From: Ramazzottius varieornatus
Lineage: Eukaryota; Animalia; Tardigrada
DNA length: 64,000 nt
Direction: 5' to 3'
Assembly: GCA_001949185.1 (NCBI GenBank)
Contig: BDGG01000005.1
Coordinates: 372,001 to 436,000, forward strand
Shown here: positions 41,865 to 56,100 of the stretch, piece after piece
Position numbering within the stretch: the first letter of the stretch is position 1
Layout: the number at the start of each line of letters is the position of its first letter
Made by a program: the position numbers and the translations under genes
The notes under the pieces: model-generated
Told to the model about the DNA's origin: nothing
Seen by the model: the letters and a program-made list of their open reading frames with translations, nothing else
The model's database searches: none

Positions 41865-44800
41865 TCAGTAAAAGCGCTGGTTTCGAAAGAGAGAAGGATT
41901 TACCGTAGGATGTAACGGTGGTGGAACTTGACCAGGATGTGGTTGTGGCGGAAGATGTTGTTGCGGATGAGGGGGTCGATGTTGAAAAGCCATAGGCTGA
42001 AAGTGACTAGGCTGAATAGGCGGAGGCTCGTACAGATGTTGTTGATGTGGAGGAGCATAATTCAACACTGGTTCCTGCGGTTGAAACTGCATAGGCTGAT
42101 TCTGAATCGCTAACTGTGGGTTCGGGAGTACCACAGGCTGCATGGGCGGAACCTCTAATACTTCACCGGTCGAAGACTGTTTCTCCTGTTTCCGCTTGAA
42201 AGACTTCATCCGTTTGGACCACATTTCGTGGCAGTCTTGCTGGGTAGGTAGCCTGGAAAAGAGACTACTGTGTAAATGTACCAAAAAGCACACTTTCTGG
42301 GGACAAACTGGGTAAAGGTAGATACAGCTGAAAACCGAAACCAATAGATGAAAAAGATTTCATACAGTGCGGGAGGGATGGTATCAAACTCGGCTTCCTT
42401 CAGGAACGGATGATCAAGAGCCTGAGCAGCTGAATACCGCTTAGCAGGATCAAGTTGCAGCATCTTCTCCAACAAATCGAGCGAAGAGTCAGTCAACCTA
42501 CACGTACAAATAACAGATTCTAATTGGAGCAAAGCAACCTGAACTAGGAAAGATAATTCTGTAAAAGTGTCCACAAATTGTTGATAAAAAAACCGTGGTC
42601 CGGTATCTCAACCATACTTTGAAAACTCTTCCTTGAATTTGCGTTTGTAAAACTTCTTCGGACGCATCGACTGGTACAGCGGGAGTTTGACCACATTAGG
42701 CCAGTCCTCTGGCGTCGGACTGCCGCAGACACTGCTGATTCTCTCCAGCTGCGAGATCTCACTGTGGGCTTTGAAGATCGGCTCGCCCAGGAAGAGTTCC
42801 GCCAATATACACCTACAAAAGGAATACGGGGCGCCAGTGGATGTGTCCACTGCACTATAGTGAAACTATGTTGTGGACCATTCGAGGCCTACCATACGAT
42901 TATGGTGAAAGACAGACCAAAAACGAAATTCGATGGACTCACCCACAACTCCATATGTCGACTTCCGGCCCATATCGTTCTTCACCGAAGAGGAGTTCCG
43001 GTGGACGGTACCACAAAGTTATCACTTTGTTGGTATAAGGACGTTCTCGGTCATCTGCTTCAAATATCCGCGCCAGTCCAAAATCCGCAAGCTTGACTTG
43101 TCCTCTGAAAATTAAAGTCTGGATTAGGCTCCAAGCCGGTTTCGAAGAACGAAAATGGAAGACAAACCTATTGTTAACGAGGATATTGGAGCATTTGATG
43201 TCTCGATGAAAGATATGCTTTTGGTGAGCAAAATTCAGAGCTTCTAACAACTGCTTCATGCAAGATGCGATGTGGGTTTGGTCGAAGCGGACGTATCCGG
43301 AATCGAGCAGCCCCATTAGATCATGGTCCATGTACTCGAATACCAAGTAGAAAGCACCTGCAAGAACAAAACGTACCTGATTCACAACGCTCCTTCAAAT
43401 GGACCCACGAATATTTGTCGACTCACCTTCGCGATCACGGCGGAAGTCGACAGCGTCTTGCTTGTCAGTCACGATCTCTAAAAGCTTGACGATGTTAGGA
43501 TGGTCCAACTCGCGCAGAATTTTGATTTCTCGGACGGCTGTGATGGGGAACCCTTCCCTCTCATTTTCCAACCGCACTTTCTTCAGTGCGAGCAGTTCAT
43601 CTGTCAAAAATGCACCGGTAAAAACTTGAACTTCGCACTTGATCAAAACCAAAAGTGCGACGACCAACTCAGATCGATTATGTGCACTTGTTCTACTCAC
43701 CAGCATCATTTTTCGCTTTGTACACCTGTCCATAAGTCCCTTCTCCAATCTGGGAAATAATCTTGAAGCTGGTAACACACCTTTCGCCCCAAGCATGTTC
43801 GTCAGGACCTAACGGCGCAGGACGCGGACGTGTAGGTACTCTGAAAAGACTTGGATGTTTTACACTCGGAACACTAATCGGGAAACATTTACCCAGAATA
43901 ATTACTGTCTTCAACACATCAGCGAGCAATAAGAAACTCTCCACTTACACGACAGGAAGTTTGAGTCTCCGCGGTGCTTGCTCCAGGACAGAAGCGTTCG
44001 ACACAGTTGGCATGGGAAGGCTGGCATACGGTGAGACGATCGTCGACAAAGGTGGAGGAGCAGGTGCGTCCTTTTTCACTTCCGATTCCTTCTCTTTCTT
44101 CACTGGACTTTTAGCCGACGCGGTTACTTTCGGACTTTTCGTCGAACTATTCGGAGTTCGATGCTCATTCAAAGACGGTGAAAAGGTACTGGGACTATTC
44201 TGCTGACTTAGCCTTTCTTTCATCAGAACGGAAGCTAACGAAACATCCGTCGGTCTACTCACCGACCTCGAAGAACGTTTTCGAATCTCGGCCATCAGCG
44301 TACCTTCATCTTGCGGCATATCTTCATCGGGAGGCGTCACTGGCCCTTTTTCTTTCCTCTCCGTTCTTTCATGCTTGTCGTTACGGTTCTTCTGGGGTGT
44401 CTTCTTTGTTGTGGAGCGAGCAGACTTGGGTGGCGTTGGGGAAAGCTCTCGTTCTCGCTCGTAGCGTTTCTTCTGACGGTCGGTATCCTTGTCGGATGTC
44501 CGGTGGTTGCGCTCGTTAGTTGAAGTCTGAGCTTGTCGAGAGCTGGTTCGGTTTCTTTCTCGGTCGCGATCGGAGTTCTGGCGTGAGTGTCGGTCCGGTG
44601 AGAAGCGCTCGGGAAGTGCAGGGGAATGTCTTCTTTCTCTTTTGCTCGGCCGGGGAGATTCCGGAGACCAGTCTCTCGTGTACCGAGATCTTCCAGAGTC
44701 ACTATCAATAAAATGACATCGTTAGTGGCTTTTATCGCTGAATGAAAAATTGCCTTTGACCATTAGTTTCCTAAAATCTGTTCCACCGACATTGTGAGAT

Positions 44801-45984
44801 TCCACTAGTAGAACTCGAGATTATTTGGAGCTGTACTGGAGCGCGCTGAGCGAATTCGACAAGATTGTTTCCCCTGTAGCGCACGGTTTCATTGTTATTG
44901 GCTGAAAACGTGCGCGACTTGGAAGAACGATCTTGTCGAGTTCGTTTTCTTAGTTACTATCTTTCAGTACGTTTTACCTGTTGTCTTTTCGTTTCCGGTC
45001 AGTTGAGTAGTACTCAGAGCGTCTTCGATCAGGGCTATGCTTTCCGTTTGTATGCTCGTCGTCGAAAGGCCAAACCCGTTCCCTTTGGCGTCTTTCTCTT
45101 GGAGCCACTTCCGGTGTTGGACTCCGCCGATACGTCCGCGACTTCTGCTTCTGCTCCACCGGGCTCTGTCGAGACCGCTTTTCATCTTTGACAGTCTCCC
45201 GCTTCTCACTTCTTCGAGACTCCGACTTGTTGCTGTCCGACTTCTCTTTCTTGATCTTCGCCTCCGGCTCCACAGACTTCTCTTTCTTGACCTTCACTTC
45301 CAGTTCAGCTATGTCAGACTTATTGACCGATGGACTTCGACGGCTTCGAGTATCCTCTTTTTCTTTCTTGACGACTTCATGCCTTTCATGCTTACGAGAC
45401 GCTGACTTGGTAGCGCCTTCAGATTTCTCTGCCTTGACCTCCAATTCCGGTTCCGCCACGTCGTCCTCCAACGGACTTCTAGGACCTCGGGTATCCTGTT
45501 TCTCGCTCTTCACAGCTTCATGCCTTTCATGTCTCCGGGAGTCCGATCTGTTGCTTTCCGACTTCTCCTTCTTGATCTTGATTTCGGTTTCCACCACCTC
45601 CAGCTTCTCTTTCTTCACCTTCACTTCCGGTTCCGTCGGGTTTGACTTTTCCCTCTTAACCTTTACTTCCGGTACGTCAGGGTCCTCTTCGGAAGGGCTT
45701 CGAGGGCCTCGTACATCCTTCTTTTCCTTTCTGGCTTCCTGTCTGTCATACGTGCGGGAATCGGACCTGTGGTTCTCGGATTTCTTGGCTTTCAGAGGCG
45801 CTTCTTTCTCCGCGTCTTCAGAAGGACTCCGACGGCTCCGCTGACTTTCTTTTTCACTTCTTCTGGGTACGGTCTTTTTCGGCGAATGGACTACGAGCCT
45901 GGCGACAGACTGGACTTTTTTCGGACTTCTTTCTTCCTCGGATGACTCCATCTGTCTGTTCTTTTCCTTCGCGTCCATCACCAT
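41865..45984 (-). CDS. CDK12: Cyclin-dependent kinase 12/13
   Basis: RS/charged N-terminus, [59 protein letters not shown] and a P/Q-rich tail. Probably co-orthologous to vertebrate CDK12 and CDK13. Confidence 0.95.
44850..44945 (-). mobile_element. Fold-back element, copy 6, CDK12 intron
   Basis: cgaattcgacaagattgtt..GCGCACG-tttcattgttattggctgaaa-CGTGCGC..aacgatcttgtcgagttcg. Confidence 0.8.
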
Positions 45985-46905
45985 CCCCGGCAGATGCTAC
46001 TGTCCACGTGCTAAAGACAACATTAAGGATAACTGTGTCGTAGACAAATATATTTAACACAGCGATTCAGCTGATGAAATGTAGATTGACCAGCATCAGC
46101 GTGTCATGCATCAACGTTCATGGAAGCCTCGGGAGCAGTTTCCACACCTCAGGCACGATTATCATACTGTTTCCTTCGGAAGGTACAAAAATCAAAATAA
46201 TTTCATACATACGCACCCTCTCGTCTAAACGAGGGTTCTAAAACTGCGTTTCGTTTCTGGTCAAAGCATCACATGTACTGCCACCCCAGGGATGAGTCTA
46301 CGGGAAACTTACCTGTGGAACGGTGGGATCGGAGAGTCACACCAGAAGCACAGATTACCAAAAGATAGGATGATCAGGATCATCAACGAAGCAGCTCAAT
46401 CAAGCCTGATCGGATGACCTACGTCCCGCACGTATGCTCTTTCTCAGACTTCAGCCACCTTCCTCAAGCTTGCTCTTCAACAAGTGATACCTGACAACAA
46501 AAAGAAACAACTTTAGCTCATCGCATAAACAGCTTTGAAGATCTGAACTGAGAGAAACTTTATAATACGACGAGCACTTAAATTACGGAAGCAGTGCGCC
46601 ATTGACCTCTGACAATTTTCGGTCTGACACCAAGGGTGACCCGTTGTTTTGGGCCAACTTATGGGTGGAAAGCCCGGGTTACCCGGGCATGCACTTTGAC
46701 ACCAGTAGCAAGCTCTAAACCGGACCGGTTCCGGAGCGTTTAGCCGGTAGCCGATGCCCCACCAATCTTTCCATCATTCGGGTTTCATTCCAGAATCCGG
46801 ACTTCCAGTTTGGCAAACATAGCTCTGGGTTTCTGGGATTCATGCTCGAGCTCATTAGGATCACTCTTGAAACTCCCTCTGTTTGTACTGCGTTGGATCT
46901 CAAGT

Positions 46906-47301
46906 ATGGGTCGATACTACTGCGATTACTGTGACGCCTACCTCACACACGACTCTCCGTCGGTCAGGAAGACTCACTGTAGCGGACGGAAGCACAAGGA
47001 TAACGTCCGGCTATACTACCAGAAATGGATGGAAGAACAGGCCAAGAAGCTGTTAGAAACGGCACAGAAAGGCAGACCTGGTATGCCTGGTCCCTTTGGT
47101 CCTCCTGGCTTCGGAATGCCACCTGGTATGCTCCCTCCTGGATTTAGACCAGGTATGCCGATGCCTGGTGGAATGATGCCCCCAATGATGCCTCCTGGAA
47201 TGAGACCGCCAATGATGCCCTTCCCAGGAATGCCAATGATGCCTCCTCAGTCCCAGATGCCACCTCCACAGTCTCAACAATCGCAGCTTCAGCCAACGTA
47301 G
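46906..47301 (+). CDS. SNRPC: U1 snRNP protein C
   Basis: [34 protein letters not shown] zinc finger plus a P/M/G-rich tail; intronless. Confidence 0.96.
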   Translation: MGRYYCDYCDAYLTHDSPSVRKTHCSGRKHKDNVRLYYQKWMEEQAKKLLETAQKGRPGMPGPFGPPGFGMPPGMLPPGFRPGMPMPGGMMPPMMPPGMRPPMMPFPGMPMMPPQSQMPPPQSQQSQLQPT

Positions 47302-47776
47302 ATCTCTTTCGTCTCGTCGAAGCATGGCAGATCGTCCGGCACATAGTTCGCGAATTCCAGCTTTTGCTGCGTCGTCCTCCCCACATAAAAGAATTGCAAA
47401 TGGGCTCTGTTGGTTTCGACTGAAACATTCTTTAAGATAAATCGTAAAATGGTTTTCAAATTAGTCTTCTTCTCTAGAATTCGTTTCTTAGCTCTCTCGA
47501 GTAGCAAACCATTCGAAGAACACAGCGTACAATATCCAACGATTAGCACCTGCCTGCACTTGGACAGTTTCCAATCACGACATTCAATGACTCGTTATTG
47601 TTTTCGTTACTTCCGAGGTTTCTCCCAGTCCGCTGGTACCTTCACAGTAAACAGATATAACACCACCGTCACTTTGGAATCTGAACTGAGGTTAAAATTC
47701 AAAAATGATTTTCCCAACAGCTTAGACGACTTAGATCAGTCAAATTCTACCCGTCAGATACAACGATATTTGACAC

Positions 47777-48658
47777 TCATCTTCTGCTCCGTCTCTTTTC
47801 CAGCCGAGCATTGTTGAACTGGTAGATATCCTTGAACATTTCTTCCTGATCTTCCAATACGATCTGGTTTCTGTATTTCTTCATGATGTCGAACTTGACC
47901 CATTCGTGCGGTTGTAAGGCTTTCTCCAGTTGTTTCGCTCTTCCAAGTGGCAATTCTTTCGGATCGAATGTTATCCCTCTAAAGTGATACAACTCCCATC
48001 TCGTCTTCCACGGATGCGGATTGAGCTTCAGGACTGTTTCGTTCAGCGGAACAGCTACTCCTGTGGGATGTGGCGTCACGTCCAAGTCGAAGGGAACCGT
48101 GCTGTGTTCGGGCGCACAATCACGGAGGTAGAATAGTTGATCGTCCAAGCGTCGTTCCAGCCGTAGAACCTGAATCTCCCTCACGGTCGGATTGTACAGG
48201 TTGTACATGATTTCCACACCTAGACCATCAACGACATTTCGTAAGATGATGAAAGCATTAAGCCCATTCCCACCGCGACATATGCAGATTCCTACGAATC
48301 GACTGAGTTTGTTCGGTGCATTTGGATCGGATATGGTGACAGCCATGATGGAACCAGGATAGAATTCGGGGATGCTCAACACGGTCCGTCTCTTTAACAT
48401 GTCGAGGCGCACTAGCTTCTCACAGAGGGTGTTCCTTCGAACCATGTCAGTGGAAGCGAGGAATTCCGGGTAGATGTATTTATAGCTAGCCGGTATTTCT
48501 GATCCCGGCCTCAGAGGAGGTATCTTCTCAATGTCTTTGATATCTTTCTGCAGCACTGTCTTTGCAGCTTTGGAAGCCAGGATACTTTCTTTGCGAGCAG
48601 TGATCCTGGTGATGTCCACGCCAGCCATCCTCAAGGCGAACTTCCGGCTCAAGGCCAT
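47777..48658 (-). CDS. MRPL19: Mitochondrial ribosomal protein bL19m
   Basis: YPEFL, DMLKRRTVLSIPEFYPGSIMAVT, FVGICI and LRNVVDGLGVEI..LYNP..LERRLDDQLFYLRD. ATG at 48658 (MALSRKF) chosen over the ORF-track TTG. Confidence 0.93.
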   Translation of the reverse strand: MALSRKFALRMAGVDITRITARKESILASKAAKTVLQKDIKDIEKIPPLRPGSEIPASYKYIYPEFLASTDMVRRNTLCEKLVRLDMLKRRTVLSIPEFYPGSIMAVTISDPNAPNKLSRFVGICICRGGNGLNAFIILRNVVDGLGVEIMYNLYNPTVREIQVLRLERRLDDQLFYLRDCAPEHSTVPFDLDVTPHPTGVAVPLNETVLKLNPHPWKTRWELYHFRGITFDPKELPLGRAKQLEKALQPHEWVKFDIMKKYRNQIVLEDQEEMFKDIYQFNNARLEKRRSRR

Positions 48659-49198
48659 GTAGACTTCAGTGTTGTCCCCAAAGATGCGCAGCGAACAATC
48701 TGCAAGAAAGTCAACACAGTCGTTACCGACCAGATCACTTCCAACGCAACTGTCTTCCAGATGGTGCGGTAGTTTGAGTCCCCTACGGCTTGGACAACAC
48801 TCTAGTAGTTCAGACTCCGGAGGAAGATCTCTGTCAGGAATTGGGATTCGGGAATACAGAAGAAATGTCTTGAGAAAATTAACATTATCATGTGGAACGC
48901 AAATCAACAATCAAACTCGGTCGCGGCATTGCGATTTTGGGCGGTGGAATCGTGCGACTGTAGGTGTGGAGTTGCCGACTTGGAAACCTGGAATTGCAGG
49001 CTCGAGTTCCACAGTGCCAAAACATCAGACGGCAGCTCAAGTCAAGTCTTCCCGCCATAGCAACCGCAGCGTTAGCGTTTTTTCGCTTTCCTCCTCCGGA
49101 AACGTTTTCATTCTCCTCCCAAGGCCGTACTTTTTCCTTCTGTTGTTTGTTGCTTCTTTCCGCACTGTATTTACATTTTAATTTTAAACTTATTCACC

Positions 49199-51075
<1,877 letters not shown>

Positions 51076-53113
51076 GTGCCTGAATTCCGTTCGCGTGACT
51101 AATTTATAGAACCAAAATCGTTGATTAATTTTACAAAGAGTTCATGTTTTGATCGATCTATAAAACTTCCAAAGATCTGAGCTTGCACTAAATTGATTTG
51201 TTGAAAACTGACTTCTGGTGAATGATGTTGGTTTACCATCCCGAAAGTATAAAATATGCGGTGACAAAAGGAAACGTAGTACGACTCATGGTTTTAGCTT
51301 ATCGACTTCCGCAAAGGTGGTTCTCCTGCGATGTTGGAGTAATCTTTTCCCGGTCACCTCCGGCACGGTTCGGCTGAGGGAGGTTTTCCGTTTCTGGGTG
51401 GTGTTTGGTCCTCATAATCCCAATTATCTCTTTTTTCGTCTTCTACGCCCTGTATGACTTAATGGTTTGTGAGTTGACAGAAGAAGTTTGTCTCAATGTA
51501 TTTATCCAACTGGGATGATGTAGTCTAAACCTACTGGAGGCACACTTATTTTTTCGCTTTGTTGTTCTGGCCTTTTTTCCTCCAGCCTGGGCTTAATCAA
51601 TCTCGCTCCAGGAGGACGTTCGATGACGCCTCGTTTATTTACCAACTTGACAAAGGGCCGTCTTTATGACCCCTTCCAGCACAATATACACAATTGTGTA
51701 TACAGTGTAGTTCTCGAGGATCGAGCTGTCTCGATAAGTGTCCGCAGCTTGGCGGGAGGTGAAATGGAGGCTGCTGAGAGCCCCAGGCTGATATCGATTA
51801 CGGATGCCATGCAGGCAGTCTACATGCGTGAAAGTGCAGGTTACACAAGCCGAGAAGCTTCTCGAGGATGACTGCGAAGTTGACGACCCCGAGACCAGAA
51901 CTATAATTTGAGGACCCTATCGGGCCATTGCTGCTCAGGACGTGCCCGTGAAATATAATAAAACTTCCCGTATACGATGTAGTCATAGGTCAAGCGCACT
52001 TTGCTCCCTACCATAATTGGGGCAGGTTCGAGCGTGCTGTTATCCACCTCCAAGGGATAATAAATTCGTGTGGTACTCGAATCGACCCACTCATCAGCTC
52101 ATGGCTTTTTTTATGGCTCAGTTCTCTGATAGGTCCTTGAAACTCGGTCAGGTAATGCTGTGGTTCATATGACCAATACAAGCTATCTTGCATGACAAAA
52201 ATACGATCTTCGAAGAACCGACAAAGCGGTATGGTATCTCGACGTCGTTGGTGCACTAGAAAGATGGCCTTATTATAGGCCTATTACTCCACCGGAAGTG
52301 TTTATGCTATAGCCGGGGCTCTTCCTGGATAGTGATGCCTAGCTGATTTTCGACTTCGTAAAGAGCTACCCAGTTCGTGTTGCCGTATCGGAAGCTTTTT
52401 AAATCGTTTTGGCCGTTATCCTAGTGCGTTTAATTGGATCGTGCTTCAGACCTGATTCTTTCAGAGTTTTGCGCAGTCCAAAAGACGGCAATTTCCTGGT
52501 CGCCATATTGATGTGTGTGCTTTATGTATCGATGTATCAATCTGGACAAGCATTGGCTGGAGCAATACTGCTGAGGTTGGTGGCTGGGTTCCAGACTTCG
52601 TACTGCACCTTACTGGAGAAACTAAGTTGACATTGACTGACACAGATTTTTCATGCGAGCATACATGGTCCATCTAAGACGTACTGTACGATCTGCCAGT
52701 GACTGACTCGGGGACCCGGATATGCCTCTCGCTGTGTGATCACAAGTTTCTCTCCTCGTCAAAAACCTCAACGAACGTTTTGTCATTCTATCAAATGTAT
52801 GCTTGACTTGAGGCGCCAAGTTTTTTTGCAGGAAAACTTACTGTTCTTTACTGTCTTATATCTGTTATTGTGGACGATATTGACACTTTTCCGTTATCGT
52901 GACACAGCCGCAATCTGAGGGTATTCACCAAAAGCTCACCTGTGCCGCCAAAACAGGGCTTAACTAACGCAATTACGTCACGGCTTGATCAGTCCAACAG
53001 GTTTCAAATCTATATCCCTTCAATACTTGACAATTCATTGTCAACTAAGACAACTAAGTCTAATTGGATCTACTGTACGATATTCTAGATCTTTGAGCCA
53101 TTTATCATCCCTT

Positions 53114-56100
53114 ATGGAAGCCTTGTTGCGATATCCACCAGTCAATATGACAACTACTCCGGCTCCGCCGGAATATATGCATCCTCCCTTTAATTATATT
53201 CTGGGAGCCATCTTTGCCTTCCTGATAATCTTCAGTGTCTCGGGGAACCTCTTGGTGTTGCTAATTATCGCCAGGTTCCGCCGGATGAGGACGCGGACGA
53301 ATCTTCTGCTGGCTAATATGAGCGCCATCGACCTGCTAACCGGTGCTCTGGCCATGCCCTTCTCGATGGTCACTGCTATCCATGGGGGAAACTGGAAGCT
53401 TGGGGACACCGCTTGCCAGATCAACGGGTTCTTCGTTGCACTCTTTATCGCTTCATCCATCCACACGCTCATGTATTTAAGCATCCATAAATACGTGTCC
53501 ATCAGAAATGTCTTCAAGCATTCGATCACCACAAAGGTATGGTCATTCATCGGTCGGGTTCTCTGACGGCATCCAGAATTCGCAACTTTGATTAAGGTCC
53601 TATTGTCGTTCGCTTTCCAGCATATCATCCTGATGGTGATTGCCACTTGGATTTGGGGCTTGTTATTCGCTACGGGACTCGTGGCGGGCTGGACAACGAT
53701 CGAGCACAAACATGGGGCTACGCAGGTAAGGTATGGTATGGCCGGAATACGGTATGGCTACTTTCGTGTTGAAATGGCGAAGCCAGATCGCTTTCTGGAA
53801 AGGAATGACCGCAAGAGTTCTAAATTCATGATCGTACGATAGGGAGGTGGCGAGATAGAAGGTCTCAAGACCGGCAGGCTAAGTAGGAGAATTCCTGTAC
53901 TGATAAAATATGAGGACGCTGTTTGGAATCTTCGTAATTGATCCGTTTCAACGTTATTTCAGAGCGAGTGTCTTCTACGCGGCCAGGAATTTTCGGTATG
54001 ACCTCGCCGAGTAAGCATGTCGATTCGATGACGATATCGATTGCCTGCGCATCATTTGCCGACTTTGCTGAAGGTCGAGAAAATTCATGCTGAAGTGCGT
54101 CTTTAGGGATGAAAAATAGTGTCCACTTGACTTTTGATATCGGCATGCTTTTAAAAGGCCATTAATAATTAATCGATTACGTAAGTCGGGGGTTCTCCGT
54201 GCTGAAGTTCCCACAAAAAAATCCATCGTGTAACTGTAAATCAATCGTCGGTCTCAAACAACGAAACCGGTATAAATCAGTTCCTTAAATGAAAATTCCG
54301 CTAGGCTAACCGCACTTGACTTTTTACTGCACAATTCTAGTGCGGACCTAAAGTTCCGGATCGGACCAACATCCGCGAAAGTAGTCATTCGATCTTCACA
54401 TCAGTCAGTTGCTTCGTCATTCCGTTGGCGGTCATCCTCTACTGCTACGTCTCCATTTTCCTAACTTTCCGGCGTCATATTGCAACCTTGGGCGACGAAG
54501 ATCAACAATCCAACGTGCGGTCCGCCCAAGAGAAAGCGCTCATTCAGCAGAAGAAGATAGCCTGGACCCTCATCATCGTTTTGATTTGCTTCCTGGTCTG
54601 CCTCAGCCCTTACGTCGCCTACTCGACCGCGGTGGCGTTCGTTAAAAATAAAGACGCCGTTCCGCTGATTTTAAATCCTGTGGTAAGTGCGAAGAGCAGT
54701 TACAATAAAAATTAATAGGGTCGTTTGTGGTCCTTCGAGACAGGCCATCAGACACGGAGCTCTACAGATTGAGCTTACGCCGTCAGAAAACATGTGGCGT
54801 TCGCGACCGCGAAGAAGATTAGGCGGTAAGCCAACGAGAATTTTGGCTTTCGATGCGCATCACCGATATCCGAATTCCAATAGCCAGATTATTCGCCAGA
54901 TGAGCCCTACTTCCTATCAAGTATTTTAATTGACTCTATGCAGGTCCGCATCTTCCAAATCTTGATTTCTTTACTGACCTCGAATCGAATCAAAAAATAA
55001 GATAGAAAGAAAATTAATTGAGAGTAGGGCAAAGAAAACGTACAGGATTGTCATCCTTCGTGGCGGAAGCTTCCACTGTTAGTGGCCTAAAAGGTGTGCC
55101 ACTCAAGATGACGATCGTGTACGGTAGGTTTGCCCAGCTCCGGATTAAAAGGTTTAATTAATCTGAACTACAATGCTCAGGAAGTACAGTAATGTCGTAA
55201 TTTCGATGACAGTAGCGTCGTGAGTTAAGGATGGTTTAAATGATCCGGCTTTGGCGTCGAGTTGGTTCTTTATTTTCTCGAGTGTTAATTACTACTGGTA
55301 ATCTAAACCAGGATAATCTCGTTCTCCCAAGAACAACAAACAAATCTCGGAAAAATGCACTAATCCCTGCTGGCTGTGATATTCGACCGATTAAGATCCT
55401 CCACATCCCTCTTTGACCCAGTTCTCACTTCACACTAAGCAGGGCGTTGCTCGGTTTCCCTTCCGCCATCCATCCATGCAGAAGACTCGAGACGAGACGG
55501 CATCGAAGCACTGATTACGGAGAACCGCAATCCGGTGTCAGGAACTCCCTAATCACGGATGCAAATTCCGTCAAATGTGTCACTTTCAAGTGGTAAGCGC
55601 TCAAGTGCTCAATCCGCGTCTTACGTGGTTCCTTCTTCTTGCAGTCCTACATTTTCATCTATCTGGCCAGCTGCGTCAATCCCGTTATCTACGCGTTACG
55701 CTCCGAGGCTTTCCTGGCGGCCTATCGGCGCTTCCTCACTTGCAGAGTCGGAGCCGACGACAAGGGCGGCTTCCGTCGAGGCTCTCCCGATGCCTTGACC
55801 AACTCACCAGGTACGGCCCGTCGAATGTAGCCATCAACCTTTGGTTATCCAGCCGACAAGAAATATCGTTTTCCGCCCAATACTCCGGGCTGGATGAATT
55901 TGACCAAGCTTTCCCTCAAGGACCTCCATCTAACTCTCTAAGGCAGCCGTACAACTGGCTCCATGAAATTCACAGAATCATGCACTAACGTCACCGATCA
56001 AAAAAACCTTTAGTCCAGCAAACACCAAAAAATACTCCATCAACTTTCGCAATGATATGACTGTTGACAGTAGGCTCTATATATACGGTATATTTTTACT

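Noticed and set aside
45188-45844. 218-aa plus-strand S/F/L-rich ORF
   Set aside because: Antisense shadow of the K/E/R-rich CDK12 exon.
29164-45984. START gene near GRB and CDK12, recalling human STARD3-GRB7-CDK12 at 17q12
   Set aside because: The protein is START-only and STARD4/5/6-like with no MENTAL domain, so it is probably not the STARD3 orthologue.
48659-48910. 84-aa N-terminal extension of MRPL19 in the ORF track
   Set aside because: It starts at TTG and spans intron-like sequence with an acceptor; the ATG at 48658 gives a normal-length protein with a mitochondrial presequence.
55151-55172. GGTTTAATTA, resembling the start of the nematode SL1 leader
   Set aside because: Only 10 nt match; no CCCAAGTTTGAG, splice donor or Sm site follows.
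55645-55700. GPCR as an opsin
   Set aside because: The position equivalent to the retinal-binding Lys296 is Tyr.
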